Notes: generated by a model not told the origin, from the letters alone. Shown: positions 28,149-38,698, counted from the stretch's first letter. The stretch is 61,378 nucleotides of DNA from an uncultured Anaerolineales bacterium (GCA_937968125.1 CALBUI010000075.1:1-61378), one strand, 5' to 3'. Numbers and translations: made by a program.

Positions 28149-28409
28149 ATGAACGTCGGCATGTTGTGGTTCGATAATGACAATAAATCGGATTTACCAG
28201 CTAAGGTGAATCGCGCCGCGACTTATTATCATGGTAAATATGGGGTACATCCTAATCTTTGTTTCGTCCACCCGAGCATGGCAAATATTGCTAAGCCGGA
28301 TAAACCAGAGCCAAAATCAATAAAATCTGGCGATGTCGAAGTCAGGCTGACAAAATCCGTGCTTCCCCACCATTTTTGGATTGGAGTACATCAGCAGGAA
28401 ACCAATTAA
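28149..28409 (+). CDS. Small hypothetical protein, co-transcribed with the FtsK-like gene
   Basis: 86-aa ORF 21 nt after the upstream stop. No motif recognised. Confidence 0.45.
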   Translation: MNVGMLWFDNDNKSDLPAKVNRAATYYHGKYGVHPNLCFVHPSMANIAKPDKPEPKSIKSGDVEVRLTKSVLPHHFWIGVHQQETN

Positions 28410-28410
28410 G

Positions 28411-29409
28411 TCAATTGATTTCGGCGATCAAGAGGTCAACATTCAAATCACCGGGCATCACACCGGTTTTCAATTCTTTGTCGATTTCTAATAAGCGTCG
28501 ATAGATCCCTGCTAATTGGTTTAGAGTAAATTGACGCGCTTGTGAAGCGATCTTTCCGCTAACATAGGGATGGGTTTTTAATTTTTCAGTTATATCACCT
28601 TCTCTGCCATTTTGATCAATTATTTCCCTGGATAAGAGCAGCAATCTAAATTGCCGGACGATCATTCCAAAAACTCTCTGCGGGTCTTGATCCGCCAGCA
28701 GGCGATGATATTCAATAATTGCTTGCTTACGATTTCTGTTTCCTAAGGCATCAACAAAATCAAATATCGCTCCCTGTTGTCCGCCTTCTGTTAGCCGATC
28801 AACGTCTTCCTCATTAACTGGTCTGTCATAATTAACATACGTCAACAGTTTTGTGATTTCCTGGTCTGCCAGACGGACATCTTCTCCAATGAGCGCGGCC
28901 AGTCTACTCGCTGCTGGAGGCTCAACCTCGCCGCCTGCTTTTATGGCTCGGGAGAGTATCCAGCCTGTCATCTGTGGCCCTTTTGCTGAGTTGAACTCCT
29001 TGCTGTAGAATTTTTCCCCCAACGTTTGCCCCCATTTTTCTAGCCAATGTGTTTTTCCCCGATTTCTTTCCCTCATACTCAACAGGGGTTTGAATTCGGC
29101 GAGAACCACAGCATTCTCTTTTGGCAGATCTTCAAGAAATGCCAGTACCCTTTTGCGATTCGATTCGTCCTTCAGGTATGCCAGTGGATGATTGAGGATG
29201 GTCAACCGGCGTTCCGCCAGAAAAGGTAAGGATTTGCTTGATGTCTCGAATTCTTCTATCGAGAGCGAGCGACCATCCAACGAAGTCAGGTTCAAATCGA
29301 CCGAAGCTGGATCCCCTAATTTCGATTTGAGATTTTCAATCGCTTCACTAATAGCGAGTTCATCATCCCCATGAAACAGGTAAACAACCGGTTTCTGATC
29401 TGGTGCCAT
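28411..29409 (-). CDS. holA: DNA polymerase III delta subunit
   Basis: N-terminal VYLFHGDDELAISEAIENLKSKL and overall delta-subunit length and pattern. The ATG at 29409 is preferred over the TTG at 29412. Confidence 0.8.
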   Translation of the reverse strand: MAPDQKPVVYLFHGDDELAISEAIENLKSKLGDPASVDLNLTSLDGRSLSIEEFETSSKSLPFLAERRLTILNHPLAYLKDESNRKRVLAFLEDLPKENAVVLAEFKPLLSMRERNRGKTHWLEKWGQTLGEKFYSKEFNSAKGPQMTGWILSRAIKAGGEVEPPAASRLAALIGEDVRLADQEITKLLTYVNYDRPVNEEDVDRLTEGGQQGAIFDFVDALGNRNRKQAIIEYHRLLADQDPQRVFGMIVRQFRLLLLSREIIDQNGREGDITEKLKTHPYVSGKIASQARQFTLNQLAGIYRRLLEIDKELKTGVMPGDLNVDLLIAEIN

Positions 29410-29412
29410 CAA

Positions 29413-29958
29413 TTAATTCCTGGTTGTAACTCGGTGCGCCTTCATCCTCCCTTTCCGGCTAACCACAATCTCCACCACCTGCATGTTTCCCGGGTTGGCA
29501 GAGGTTGTCACCCGCTCCTGCAAGAAGAACCCTAATGGTTGGGAGAAGATCAAGGCGATAGTGGCTAAGAACATTGCCGCTGGCAGGCGCTCCAGTTTAT
29601 CTCGCATTCGGTTTCCAACACCGAACATGGCTACCACTGCTGCCAAACCCGCCAGGATGCCCGAAGTCACGAAGTTGGTCCCGCAATTGCGGTGGACTGC
29701 CAGGTGTTTTTCCCCGTTCTTTAGCCGGGAGAGCGCTTCCTCAACCGATTCATAAACATCCTCTATCGTCACATCTCCAATTATCCAGAATCCACCAGTA
29801 TCTGAGTGCCCTGCCAGGCTTTGTTTGGGATAACGCTGCGACAGGATGTGTAGTGTAGCGTGTTCCAGCCCGTGATTCCGCTGCACGCGAGAAATTACCG
29901 GAATGTCCCGCTTCTCTATTGCCTGCAAGTTCTTGCTTTCTACCATTTTATTCTCCAA
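29413..29958 (-). CDS. Conserved hypothetical membrane-associated protein
   Basis: RNHGLEHATLHIL and HRNCGTNF motifs plus two hydrophobic helices. It abuts holA with no spacer. Confidence 0.5.
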   Translation of the reverse strand: MENKMVESKNLQAIEKRDIPVISRVQRNHGLEHATLHILSQRYPKQSLAGHSDTGGFWIIGDVTIEDVYESVEEALSRLKNGEKHLAVHRNCGTNFVTSGILAGLAAVVAMFGVGNRMRDKLERLPAAMFLATIALIFSQPLGFFLQERVTTSANPGNMQVVEIVVSRKGRMKAHRVTTRN

Positions 29959-30155
29959 CTTACCAAAGGTAATCTAACCTGGCTATTATAACCCTCCCGT
30001 GCAAACCGATGTTATTTCGTCTGTGCAGAGATAGAACTCCCTGTTATCCAATTTTTGTCCGCGTTTTCTGTGATTAGTGGTGTCAAATTAATCAAGTACT
30101 TAAAACCCCCTCAAAAACTCTTGAATCAAATTTCAGTGTTTATTCGCATCCAATA

Positions 30156-30794
30156 TTAAGCTGGCCCGTTTGAGCGGCTGCCGCGCTGGTAAGCCTCATA
30201 GGTTTCAAGGAGAGTGATTTGGATGCGGTCAGTAAACCGGTAGATCTTGCGAAAGGTATCGCTCCACGCTTTGGGAGTTTGAATTGTTGATTCTTCATAC
30301 ACTGAGAGCATGGCATCCAACAGGACATTGCGGAAGAAGATGAATGCACGCGAGGCTTCCGCAGCCGTAAGTCCTCTTCGCCAACCCCTGGAGGCATATT
30401 CAAAACCCAGCGATCTGGCTTCTGAATCGTCGTAAGCACCGTCTGCAGCCAGGGATTCCAGCAGACCTTGCAGCAATGCCCGCCCGCTGCGGCGATATTG
30501 ATCGCGGGCTTCCTCATCCAATTTTCCGTACCAGCCTTCGTTTTCCAGGCTGCCTTCGCTGACCCTGACCCGGATGTTCTTTAATGCCGCCTGAACCACC
30601 AGGTGCCCTTCGTCCAGGCCTTCTTCCCGGTGAGTTTGAATCCACATCTCCACTTCGGTTCGCCGATAGCGCCGGTGGCCCCCTTGTGTGCGGTGAGCAG
30701 GCAGATGCCCCTGGTCTGACCAGCTGCGCACCGTGCTGGGGTGTACTCCCAGCATGCCTGCCACTTCACTTAAACTTAACCAATCTTCTGCCAT
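30156..30794 (-). CDS. MerR/excisionase-type helix-turn-helix regulator with a helical C-terminal domain
   Basis: LSLSEVAGMLGVHPSTVRSWSDQGHLPAHRTQGGHRRYRRTEVEMW. Confidence 0.6.
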   Translation of the reverse strand: MAEDWLSLSEVAGMLGVHPSTVRSWSDQGHLPAHRTQGGHRRYRRTEVEMWIQTHREEGLDEGHLVVQAALKNIRVRVSEGSLENEGWYGKLDEEARDQYRRSGRALLQGLLESLAADGAYDDSEARSLGFEYASRGWRRGLTAAEASRAFIFFRNVLLDAMLSVYEESTIQTPKAWSDTFRKIYRFTDRIQITLLETYEAYQRGSRSNGPA

Positions 30795-30854
30795 ATGCCC
30801 TCATATCCAATAAGAAAGTCGCTTTTTTCTACCAGTTCCCTTTTGCTGTACATG

Positions 30855-32162
30855 CTATACATCACTTGCCAGGGCTGCCCTTTCCATCACCGTTGTGGAT
30901 TCTGCCTCCCGCCGGAAAGCGGACACATCTATGCGTCGCAGGAAGATCAGAGAAATGAACAACAGCAGCGCCAGGATGCTGAAAACAGACACATAAGCAA
31001 GAACCGGGTTCTGCATAACTTGAGTCAGCACATCCCGCACCACGCCGCTCAACAGGGCACCGATCAACCGCGAAGCCGCGTTGGCCATCCCCCAGGCCCC
31101 AATGAACAGGCCTATTTTTGAAGCAGTGGTCATATCGAGCATCAAGGACAGGTTCGATACTGTTGATAATCCAGTACCGGTGCCGAGCAGGATCACGCCC
31201 GTGTAGAAAACGGTTGTGCTCATCAAGATGCCACTGGAAGCGATAAACACAAATCCAAACAAAGCAACCCCGCCGCCCCAAAAAGCGATCGTCCGCTTGC
31301 TTATCCTGCGTTCCAAAAATCCTGCTGCCAACAGAGCAACCAGCATGAATGCTCCCCAAATCGAGGTGATGCGTGTCGTTTCTTGAACAGCCATACCAAA
31401 CGCTTCACCCCCAAATGGTTCCAATAAGATGTCCTGCCCGAGCAGCGCGATCAGCAATATGATCAGGTAAACAAAAAAGGTTGTCGCCTGCTTATTTTCT
31501 AAAATCGAGTCGGCAAGCACCCGCCAGGTGTAGCGCTCCTCGCTCTCGACGCCGGCGGTGCTGGTTCGTTTCTCGAGTTTAATCAAACCCGTCATTCCCA
31601 GAACTAAAGCCACTATACCGACAATCCAGAAAGAACGCACCAGTGCTTCCGGCGAATATGGGGTCACCAGCCGGCTTATGAGCAGCGAAGTCGATATGAT
31701 CCCGATGATCATCATGAAGAACATCACTGATATAGTGCCACCGCGTTCCTTTTCGCTTGATAAATCGGTGGCCAAAGAAAAGTATGATACCGTGGCAAAG
31801 TTGAATCCCATCCCCCAGGCTCCAAATGCAATCAAACCAAACAGCAGCCCAATCCAAAAATTCTCCGCCAGCACAAAGGCCGCTAACGGCGAAAGGACCA
31901 CGCCCAGAACACAAAACAGCAGCCCAAGGGCGATATACGGCGTGCGATGCCAGCCCAAGACAGGATGCCGGTCAGAAAATGACCCGATAAAAACCTGGAT
32001 TGGAGAAAATAAATATGGCAGCGAGGCGAGTATAGCTACCAGGGTAGCCGAGAAGGCCAGCTCCTTGATCATGACTCGGTTCAAGGTGCTGTTGATCGGA
32101 ACCAGCGTCATTGCCACTGCCAGATGAATCAGTCCCAATTGAAGGCGTTTCAAGTACATCAC
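30855..32162 (-). CDS. MFS transporter, BCD/PucC family
   Basis: 12-TM profile and the N-terminal family pattern LGLIHLAVAMTLVPINSTLNRVMIKEL. Confidence 0.7.
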   Translation of the reverse strand: MMYLKRLQLGLIHLAVAMTLVPINSTLNRVMIKELAFSATLVAILASLPYLFSPIQVFIGSFSDRHPVLGWHRTPYIALGLLFCVLGVVLSPLAAFVLAENFWIGLLFGLIAFGAWGMGFNFATVSYFSLATDLSSEKERGGTISVMFFMMIIGIISTSLLISRLVTPYSPEALVRSFWIVGIVALVLGMTGLIKLEKRTSTAGVESEERYTWRVLADSILENKQATTFFVYLIILLIALLGQDILLEPFGGEAFGMAVQETTRITSIWGAFMLVALLAAGFLERRISKRTIAFWGGGVALFGFVFIASSGILMSTTVFYTGVILLGTGTGLSTVSNLSLMLDMTTASKIGLFIGAWGMANAASRLIGALLSGVVRDVLTQVMQNPVLAYVSVFSILALLLFISLIFLRRIDVSAFRREAESTTVMERAALASDV

Positions 32163-32375
32163 GATTTTTTATGCTCCAAGAATCTCGCTCCAGCTGCAAG
32201 AATTACCGCGTCACACACTTATAGCGCGGGCGGATATTAATCATCAATCCGACCAGATAAATTTAACAGATTAATTCGCCTCCCGTCAATGTAGGTTTAT
32301 ATAGATTTTTGGGTAATATTTATGAAGATTTCTTAAGGTTTTAGATATTACAGAAGCGATCTTCACTTAGCTGGG

Positions 32376-33773
32376 TCAGTCTTTCAATAATGCCTGATCC
32401 AGCGCCTTGCGCAGCGAACGCGCTTCGATCACTTCGATCTCACTCGGCCAGGGTTCGCTTCGTCGCAGCCGACCTGGCACGATAGCAGTTTTAAATCCCA
32501 GGTTTGCTGCTTCTCGCAAACGTGTCGGCATCTGGCCCACTGAGCGCAGCTCCCCGGAAAGACCGATTTCGCCGACCAACACTGTCTCCGCCCGTACTGG
32601 TATGTCCCGGGTAGACGAGGCAATCGTGGCCGCAATCGCCAGGTCCGCAGCCGGTTCGCTGACTTTTAAACCACCCACCACATTGACAAAGACATCCTGC
32701 TCGGATAAGCGCAGCCCAATCCGCCGGGTTAGCACAGCCACGATCAAAAGCAGCCGGTTGAAATCTACGCCGTTTGGGGTGCGGCGTGGGTTGCCAAAGG
32801 AGGTTGAGCTGGTCAGGCCTTGAATTTCGACCAGCAGCGGCCGGGTGCCTTCCATGGTGACTGCAATCGCTGAGCCAGGTGCGTTGACCAGGCGTCCCGC
32901 CAGGAAGGATTCCGACGGATTGGAGACTTCGATCATGCCCCGTTCCTGCATCTCGAATACGCCCACCTCCGAGGTGGCTCCAAAGCGGTTCTTCACCGAG
33001 CGCAGCAGCCGGTAGGATTGGAATCGATCGCCCTCCAGGTAGAGCACTGTATCCACGATATGCTCCAGGACACGCGGGCCGGCGATGGTACCTTCTTTGG
33101 TGACATGCCCGATTAGCAAAACAGATATCCCCGCCGATTTTGCCAGTTCACGCAGTCGGGAAGCGCTCTCCCGCACCTGGGAGACAGACCCCGCTGAAGA
33201 CTCTAACTCGGGCAAGGTCGTGGTTTGGATCGAATCCACTATCAAGAGCCGGGGCTTCACCTGCGAGACATGCCCCAAAATGACCTCCATGTTCGTTTCG
33301 GTAACCAGCAGCAGATCATCCGGCAGATCCGGGCCATCGCCATCTGTCCCTTTACGCAGACGGAGGGCTCGCATCTTGATCTGACGCTCCGACTCTTCCC
33401 CGGAAACATAAAGAACCCGATCCCTACGCGCCATTTCCAACGCCGTTTGCAGCAACAGCGTGCTCTTTCCGATTCCTGGATCGCCCCCAATGAGCACGAT
33501 CGAGCCCGGCACAATACCTCCCCCCAGCACCCGGGCAAATTCTTGAATTGGGAGCAGCATGCGCTCATCTGCCCCTTCTCCAATTTCGGAGAGCCGCTGC
33601 GGGGTAGAATCTCCACCCAGGCCCTGAATCCTGGAGGCTCCCTTTTTGCTCGTCTGCGCGATCACTTCCTCTACCATGCTGTTCCAGGAATTACACTGCG
33701 GGCAGCGCCCCATATCTTTGGCTGATACTCGCCCGCACTGCTGGCAGACAAATTGAGTTCGCAACTTCGGCAT
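32376..33773 (-). CDS. radA: DNA repair protein RadA/Sms
   Basis: Zinc finger FVCQQCG...CPQCNSWNS, Walker A GGDPGIGKST, KNRFG motif and a Lon-like C-terminal domain. The start is at MPKLRTQF (ATG at 33773). Confidence 0.9.
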   Translation of the reverse strand: MPKLRTQFVCQQCGRVSAKDMGRCPQCNSWNSMVEEVIAQTSKKGASRIQGLGGDSTPQRLSEIGEGADERMLLPIQEFARVLGGGIVPGSIVLIGGDPGIGKSTLLLQTALEMARRDRVLYVSGEESERQIKMRALRLRKGTDGDGPDLPDDLLLVTETNMEVILGHVSQVKPRLLIVDSIQTTTLPELESSAGSVSQVRESASRLRELAKSAGISVLLIGHVTKEGTIAGPRVLEHIVDTVLYLEGDRFQSYRLLRSVKNRFGATSEVGVFEMQERGMIEVSNPSESFLAGRLVNAPGSAIAVTMEGTRPLLVEIQGLTSSTSFGNPRRTPNGVDFNRLLLIVAVLTRRIGLRLSEQDVFVNVVGGLKVSEPAADLAIAATIASSTRDIPVRAETVLVGEIGLSGELRSVGQMPTRLREAANLGFKTAIVPGRLRRSEPWPSEIEVIEARSLRKALDQALLKD

Positions 33774-33922
33774 AATCAAATTATAACTTAGTGGCGTGTC
33801 CCTAGACAATTTTCCGGAGTTTAGAGCTTGTCCCGCATTGAGGGGGCTTTGTGCCCGGTTCTGGATCAAAAAGAGCACAAGCGTTTGCCTGTGCCCTTTG
33901 AGTGTTAAATATCTTTACGTTA

Positions 33923-36412
33923 TTACCCTGTCGCTAAAGCCTCCTCCTGCTCAATGGGCTTTTCTTCGCTGGGGTAAAGCTTAATCTCTCCATCGACAGC
34001 GTCGACGATGATCGTATCCCCGTCTTCAAAATCACCAGCCAAAAGGGCGTCAGAAAATGCATCCTCAATATGTTGTTGGATAACCCTCTTCAACGGTCTG
34101 GCGCCAAACTCCGGATCATAACCCATCTCCGCCATCAGCTCCAAAGCCGCCGGTGTGATGTTGATCACAATATCGTGATCCTCAAGGCGCAGGCTGACTT
34201 TATCCACCTCGAGATGGACGATCTCCTTGATGCTCTCCATGCTCAAAGCACGGAAGACGATCACTGCATCCACCCGGTTGATGAATTCGGGGCGGAAGAC
34301 CCGCTTGAGCGAATCGAGCAGTTTCTTGCGCATCTCCTGATACGCCAGTTTCTCCTCCAGCTCTTCATCGCGCTTGATATCGAAACCGATCGATGTCTGG
34401 CGCTTGATCATATCCGCGCCCACGTTCGAAGTCATCACGATCAAGGCGTTCCGGAAATCAACCGTGCGCCCGCGGGCGTCAGTCAGATGCCCTTCTTCCA
34501 TGATCTGCAGCAGCATGTTGTGCGCTTCAGGGTGTGCTTTCTCGATCTCGTCAAAGACGACGATCGAGTAGGGCCGCCGCCTCAGGGCCTCGGTCAGCTG
34601 TCCAGCCTCCTCGTAGCCCACATATCCTGGTGGCGCTCCCACCAGCCGGCTGACCGAGTGACGCTCCATGAACTCTGACATGTCCAGCTGGATCAGAGAA
34701 TCTTCACTTCCAAACAGGAACCGGGCCAGGGCTTTGGTCAATTCTGTCTTTCCAACCCCTGTAGGTCCCAAAAAGATAAAGGAACCGATCGGGCGGCGCG
34801 GGTCTTTCAAGCCAGCTCTGGCTCTACGCACAGCCTTTGAGATCGCCTCGATGGCTTCTTCCTGGCCGACGATGTGTTCCTGCAGATCGTCTTCCATCTG
34901 CAGCAGGCGGATTGATTCTTCTTGAGCGATCTGCATTACGGGGACACCCGTCCACATGGAGACCACTTCAGCGATATCTTCTGCTGTTACGATCGGGCTG
35001 CTGCTGCGGTCCCAGACGTTTTGCAGGCGGTCTAACTGGCTTTCAAGAGCCTCCTGTCGTTCGAGGATCTCCTGTGCTTCTTCATAGCGGCCATCTTCAA
35101 GTGCTAATCCATGATTCGCGCGGATTTCTTTGATCTGGCCGATCAATTCTTTTGCAGTTTTTGCCGCTGGGCTTTTATACATGCGTACTCGTGATGAAGA
35201 CTCATCGATCAAGTCGATGGCCTTGTCCGGCAGGAACCGGTCTGTGACATAGCGGGAAGAAAGCTGCGCAGCAGCATCGAGAGCATCATCAGAAATAGAC
35301 AGCCGGTGATGTTCTTCATATGCTGAGCGGATACCGCGCAAAATTTCAATCGTCTCCTCGACATCCGGCTCTTCAACCTGCACTGGCTGGAAGCGGCGTT
35401 CCAGCGCCGAGTCGCTTTCTATGTGCTTGCGATACTCGTCATGCGTAGTCGCTCCAATCACTTGCAGTTCGCCACGTGAAAGGGCTGGCTTAAGGATGTT
35501 GGCTGCATCTACGGATGAACCAGCTGCGCCTGCCCCTACTAACATGTGCACCTCATCAATGAAGAGGATCGCCTCAGCCTGTTTCAGCTCATCGATCACC
35601 CGCTTGAGCCGTTCTTCAAACTGGCCGCGATACATCGTCCCTGCAACCAATGAGCCCACATCCAGCTGCAGCACGCGCTTATCTAATAGCGGTGCCGGAA
35701 CATCCCCTTCAAGGATGCGCTGGGCTAAACCTTCGACGATGGCCGTCTTGCCAACCCCTGGTTCGCCTATCAAGGCCGGATTGTTCTTCGTCCGCCGGGC
35801 GAGAATCTGGATAACCCGTTCGATCTCCATAATACGTCCGACAACCGGATCGAGTTTGCCATCCTCTGCCAGGACGGTCAGATCAACTGCCAGCTGGTCA
35901 ACCATAGGCGTCTTCTGTTGCTGTTTCTCCTGTTGGGACGATTTCCGTTCGCTGCTGCTGCGCCTCGACGAGCTGCTTTCCTGCAGCACGCGGCGTGTCT
36001 GCCGGCGAATTTGCTCTGGGGTGACGCCTAATTTTCTCAATACATCATTGGCGACACCTTCACCATAGCGAACCAATCCAAGCAGGAGATGTTCCGTACC
36101 AATATAATGGTGTCCGAGGCGACGAGCTTCATCCACTGCATATTCAAGCACCTGTTGGGTACCAGGGGACAGGTCTAACTTCCCGCCCGTGGACGTGCCG
36201 GTCCCGGTCAGTCTCTCAACAATTTCCTGGACCCGCTCGACCTCTAAACCTAATTCACGCAATACACGTCCTGCGACACCACCATCTTCTCGGATCAATC
36301 CCAAGAGAAGATGTTCTGTGCCGATATAATTCTGCCGCATTTGCTCAGCTTCCTGATGGGCTAGGCTGAGCACTCGGCGAGCTCTTTGGGTAAAACGCTC
36401 CATACTGGACAA
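33923..36412 (-). CDS. clpC: ATP-dependent Clp protease ATP-binding subunit ClpC
   Basis: Double Clp-N repeats ([10 protein letters not shown] twice), two AAA+ modules ([16 protein letters not shown]) and a linker between the AAA+ modules. Confidence 0.9.
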   Translation of the reverse strand: MSSMERFTQRARRVLSLAHQEAEQMRQNYIGTEHLLLGLIREDGGVAGRVLRELGLEVERVQEIVERLTGTGTSTGGKLDLSPGTQQVLEYAVDEARRLGHHYIGTEHLLLGLVRYGEGVANDVLRKLGVTPEQIRRQTRRVLQESSSSRRSSSERKSSQQEKQQQKTPMVDQLAVDLTVLAEDGKLDPVVGRIMEIERVIQILARRTKNNPALIGEPGVGKTAIVEGLAQRILEGDVPAPLLDKRVLQLDVGSLVAGTMYRGQFEERLKRVIDELKQAEAILFIDEVHMLVGAGAAGSSVDAANILKPALSRGELQVIGATTHDEYRKHIESDSALERRFQPVQVEEPDVEETIEILRGIRSAYEEHHRLSISDDALDAAAQLSSRYVTDRFLPDKAIDLIDESSSRVRMYKSPAAKTAKELIGQIKEIRANHGLALEDGRYEEAQEILERQEALESQLDRLQNVWDRSSSPIVTAEDIAEVVSMWTGVPVMQIAQEESIRLLQMEDDLQEHIVGQEEAIEAISKAVRRARAGLKDPRRPIGSFIFLGPTGVGKTELTKALARFLFGSEDSLIQLDMSEFMERHSVSRLVGAPPGYVGYEEAGQLTEALRRRPYSIVVFDEIEKAHPEAHNMLLQIMEEGHLTDARGRTVDFRNALIVMTSNVGADMIKRQTSIGFDIKRDEELEEKLAYQEMRKKLLDSLKRVFRPEFINRVDAVIVFRALSMESIKEIVHLEVDKVSLRLEDHDIVINITPAALELMAEMGYDPEFGARPLKRVIQQHIEDAFSDALLAGDFEDGDTIIVDAVDGEIKLYPSEEKPIEQEEALATG

Positions 36413-36663
36413 AGCGTACCTCCTACGATCTCACAAATACCAATGTCACCTAATCTAACCTTAGTTAGTGAGTAGTCTGATTACGAGACTTTTAGTCCAA
36501 TTGCATTTTACCAGAGATCCTTCTGGCAACCTGCGATTCAGCTATCGATTCAGGACAAGTTAATAAAACTCTTAGGTTCTATTCGATCAGCACTTACTGT
36601 AGATTACAAATACGTTAGAATCCCCTGCCGCTGGCTGATTTTAATTGGACAAATCCCTTGGTT

Positions 36664-36694
36664 AAACAAAAAAGCGCGCCAGAAGTGGCGCGCT
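36664..36694 (-). terminator. Rho-independent terminator after rpsA
   Basis: On the minus strand: AGCGCGCCA-CUUC-UGGCGCGCU (9-bp stem) followed by UUUUUUGUUU. Confidence 0.65.
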
Positions 36695-36706
36695 GTAATA
36701 GATATT

Positions 36707-38698
36707 TTATTCCTCGATGCCAGAATCGCCCGAATCCTCGCTCTCCTCCAGTGGTTTTTCTGCTTCAACCACATTTTCGAGAACGACTTCTTCCTCACTG
36801 TCGCCTTCCTGGGGCTCTTCTACTTCCGCTTCTTCTTCACTACCCTCAGGCATTTCAGGTTCTTCGGCTTCAGCCTCTACTTCGGCACTCACTTGGGACG
36901 CTTCTTCAGCCTCATCAACGAGGTTTTCTTCAGCTTCTTCGGTTTCCTCTGTGGTTTCACTCTCTTCGCTGGGGGCTTCCGCTTCAGCGACTTCTATATC
37001 TTCCACAGATTCGGCTTCTTCCTCCTCGGTTTCTGCCTCTGCAGTCTCTGCTTCTTCAGCAACTTCAACTTCATCAACTTCGGCTTCGGCTGTCTCACTT
37101 TCCTCTACGGTCTCGGTCTCTTCTAGAACAACTTCCGCCTCTGCAACCTCTGCTTCTTCAGCGGCTTCAGATTCATCAACCTCGGCTTCGGCTGTCTCGC
37201 TTTCCTCTACGGTCTCGGTCTCTTCGAGAATAACTTCTGCCTCTGCAATCTCTGCTTCTTCAGCGGCTTCAGCTTCATCAACCTCAGCTTCGGCTGTCTC
37301 GCTTTCTTCTATGGTCTCGGTCTCTTCAAGAACAACTTCCGCCTCTGCAATCTCTGCTTCTTCAGCGGCTTCAGTTTCATCAACCTCAGCTTCAGCTTCT
37401 GCGATCTCGCCACCCTCGACTGCGGCTTCTTCACCCTCGGCCGGCTCTTCTTCCTCATCCTGGCTACCTTCCACCACCTCGGCCAAAGTCATCTTCCAAT
37501 CGAAATCTGTATACGCTGGAGAGTCAACCTTGCGCAAACTCAATCCGATGCGATGGCGTTCTGGTTCAATCTTAATCACTCTCAAGGTAACCACATCACC
37601 CTCGTGCAGGACCTCTTTTGGATGGGTGACGCGCTGTTCACTGATTTCGGAGATGTGGATCAAGCCCTCTAAATCTTCGTCCAGACGAGCAAATGCACCG
37701 AACTTGGTTAAGTGGGTGATTGTCCCTTCGATCAGCTGGCCCTCTTTCAAATTCTCGACCTTCTCGACCCAGGGATCTTCTTGAAGCTGGCGAATGGAGA
37801 GGCCAATTCGTTTGCGGTCCCGGTCAACACCGATCACCTTGACCTGCACTTCCTGGCCAACGCTCAACACTTCCCGGGGATGCTCGATCCGATCCCAGGA
37901 GATTTCTGACAGGTGCACCAGTCCATCAGCGCCATCGATATTGACGAAGGCGCCAAAATCGGCTAGGCTTGTCACCCGGCCCGTGCGCACATCGCCTTCG
38001 GATAATTCATCCAACAGGCGTTCTTTTAACGATTCGCGTGTCTCTTGCAGGGCGACTCTTTCAGATAGGATGAGGCGGCGGCGTTCCCGATCGACTTCAA
38101 TGACAGACACAGTGATCGGTTCATCCACCATCGCTCCCCACCGCTGTTCAGGAGTGCTTCCGCTCGAGTCAATTCTTCGTAATAAACTAACTTGAGATGC
38201 TGGTACAAACCCCCGTAACTGTCCAACCGGAATAATCAATCCGCCTTTATTAAAACCGACGATTTTTCCATCGACGGTTTCACCAGAGGCAAGCAGCGAT
38301 TCGGCATACAGCCAATCTTTTTCTTCAAGTGCGCGAACAAAGGAGAGTAAGACATTGCCATTCTGATCTTCTGGGTTGACCACATAGACAGTTATCTCGT
38401 TTCCAACGGTCAGTTCTTCTCGCATTTCGGGATCAATCTGATCGATTTCTCGAGCAGGAATCACCCCTTCCGATTTGGTCCCGATGCTGACGAGGATCTC
38501 TGAATCAGATACTCTGGCAACGTTTCCTTTGCGGATGTCCCCTTGACGAGGGAAATCAAATCCCACGTCCTCATCACCTAACAATTCTTCCATTGTTGAT
38601 GATTGTTCTTCTTCTGCGGTTTGTTGGTTTAGTTCCTCTTCTGGTTGTTCGCTCTCGGTTGTTGCCTCCTGCCCATCTAGGGCAAAATTCTGATTCAT
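36707..38698 (-). CDS. rpsA: 30S ribosomal protein S1 with acidic N-terminal leader and about 250-aa acidic repeat C-terminal extension
   Basis: Four S1 (OB-fold) domains, e.g. GTITHLTKFGAFARL, GRVTSLADFGAFVNI. The C-terminus is E/A/T/V-rich with 34-aa repeats. Confidence 0.85.
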   Translation of the reverse strand: MNQNFALDGQEATTESEQPEEELNQQTAEEEQSSTMEELLGDEDVGFDFPRQGDIRKGNVARVSDSEILVSIGTKSEGVIPAREIDQIDPEMREELTVGNEITVYVVNPEDQNGNVLLSFVRALEEKDWLYAESLLASGETVDGKIVGFNKGGLIIPVGQLRGFVPASQVSLLRRIDSSGSTPEQRWGAMVDEPITVSVIEVDRERRRLILSERVALQETRESLKERLLDELSEGDVRTGRVTSLADFGAFVNIDGADGLVHLSEISWDRIEHPREVLSVGQEVQVKVIGVDRDRKRIGLSIRQLQEDPWVEKVENLKEGQLIEGTITHLTKFGAFARLDEDLEGLIHISEISEQRVTHPKEVLHEGDVVTLRVIKIEPERHRIGLSLRKVDSPAYTDFDWKMTLAEVVEGSQDEEEEPAEGEEAAVEGGEIAEAEAEVDETEAAEEAEIAEAEVVLEETETIEESETAEAEVDEAEAAEEAEIAEAEVILEETETVEESETAEAEVDESEAAEEAEVAEAEVVLEETETVEESETAEAEVDEVEVAEEAETAEAETEEEEAESVEDIEVAEAEAPSEESETTEETEEAEENLVDEAEEASQVSAEVEAEAEEPEMPEGSEEEAEVEEPQEGDSEEEVVLENVVEAEKPLEESEDSGDSGIEE
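37084..37389. repeat. Three complete 102-bp tandem repeat units (partial units on both sides) inside the rpsA 3' region
   Basis: Units start at 37084, 37186 and 37288 (cttcggctgtctc...), with a few substitutions per unit. In frame, each equals 34 aa. Confidence 0.85.

Noticed and set aside
36413-36600. I looked for CtsR (GGTCAAA direct repeat) or CIRCE (TTAGCACTC-N9-GAGTGCTAA) operators upstream of clpC.
   Set aside because: Neither consensus is present. Only short unrelated inverted repeats (agtct-N7-agact) were seen.
37084-37389. The regular 102-bp repeats could be mistaken for a CRISPR-like or satellite array.
   Set aside because: The units are contiguous with no unique spacers. They are in frame inside rpsA and encode a coherent 34-aa repeat.
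36717-37784. A 355-aa Ser-rich ORF, and other plus-strand ORFs (36658-37233, 36893-37126), lie antisense to rpsA.
   Set aside because: They are an artefact of the GAA/GCT-rich acidic repeat, which is stop-free on the opposite strand. They are low-complexity and fully nested in a clearly recognisable S1 gene.
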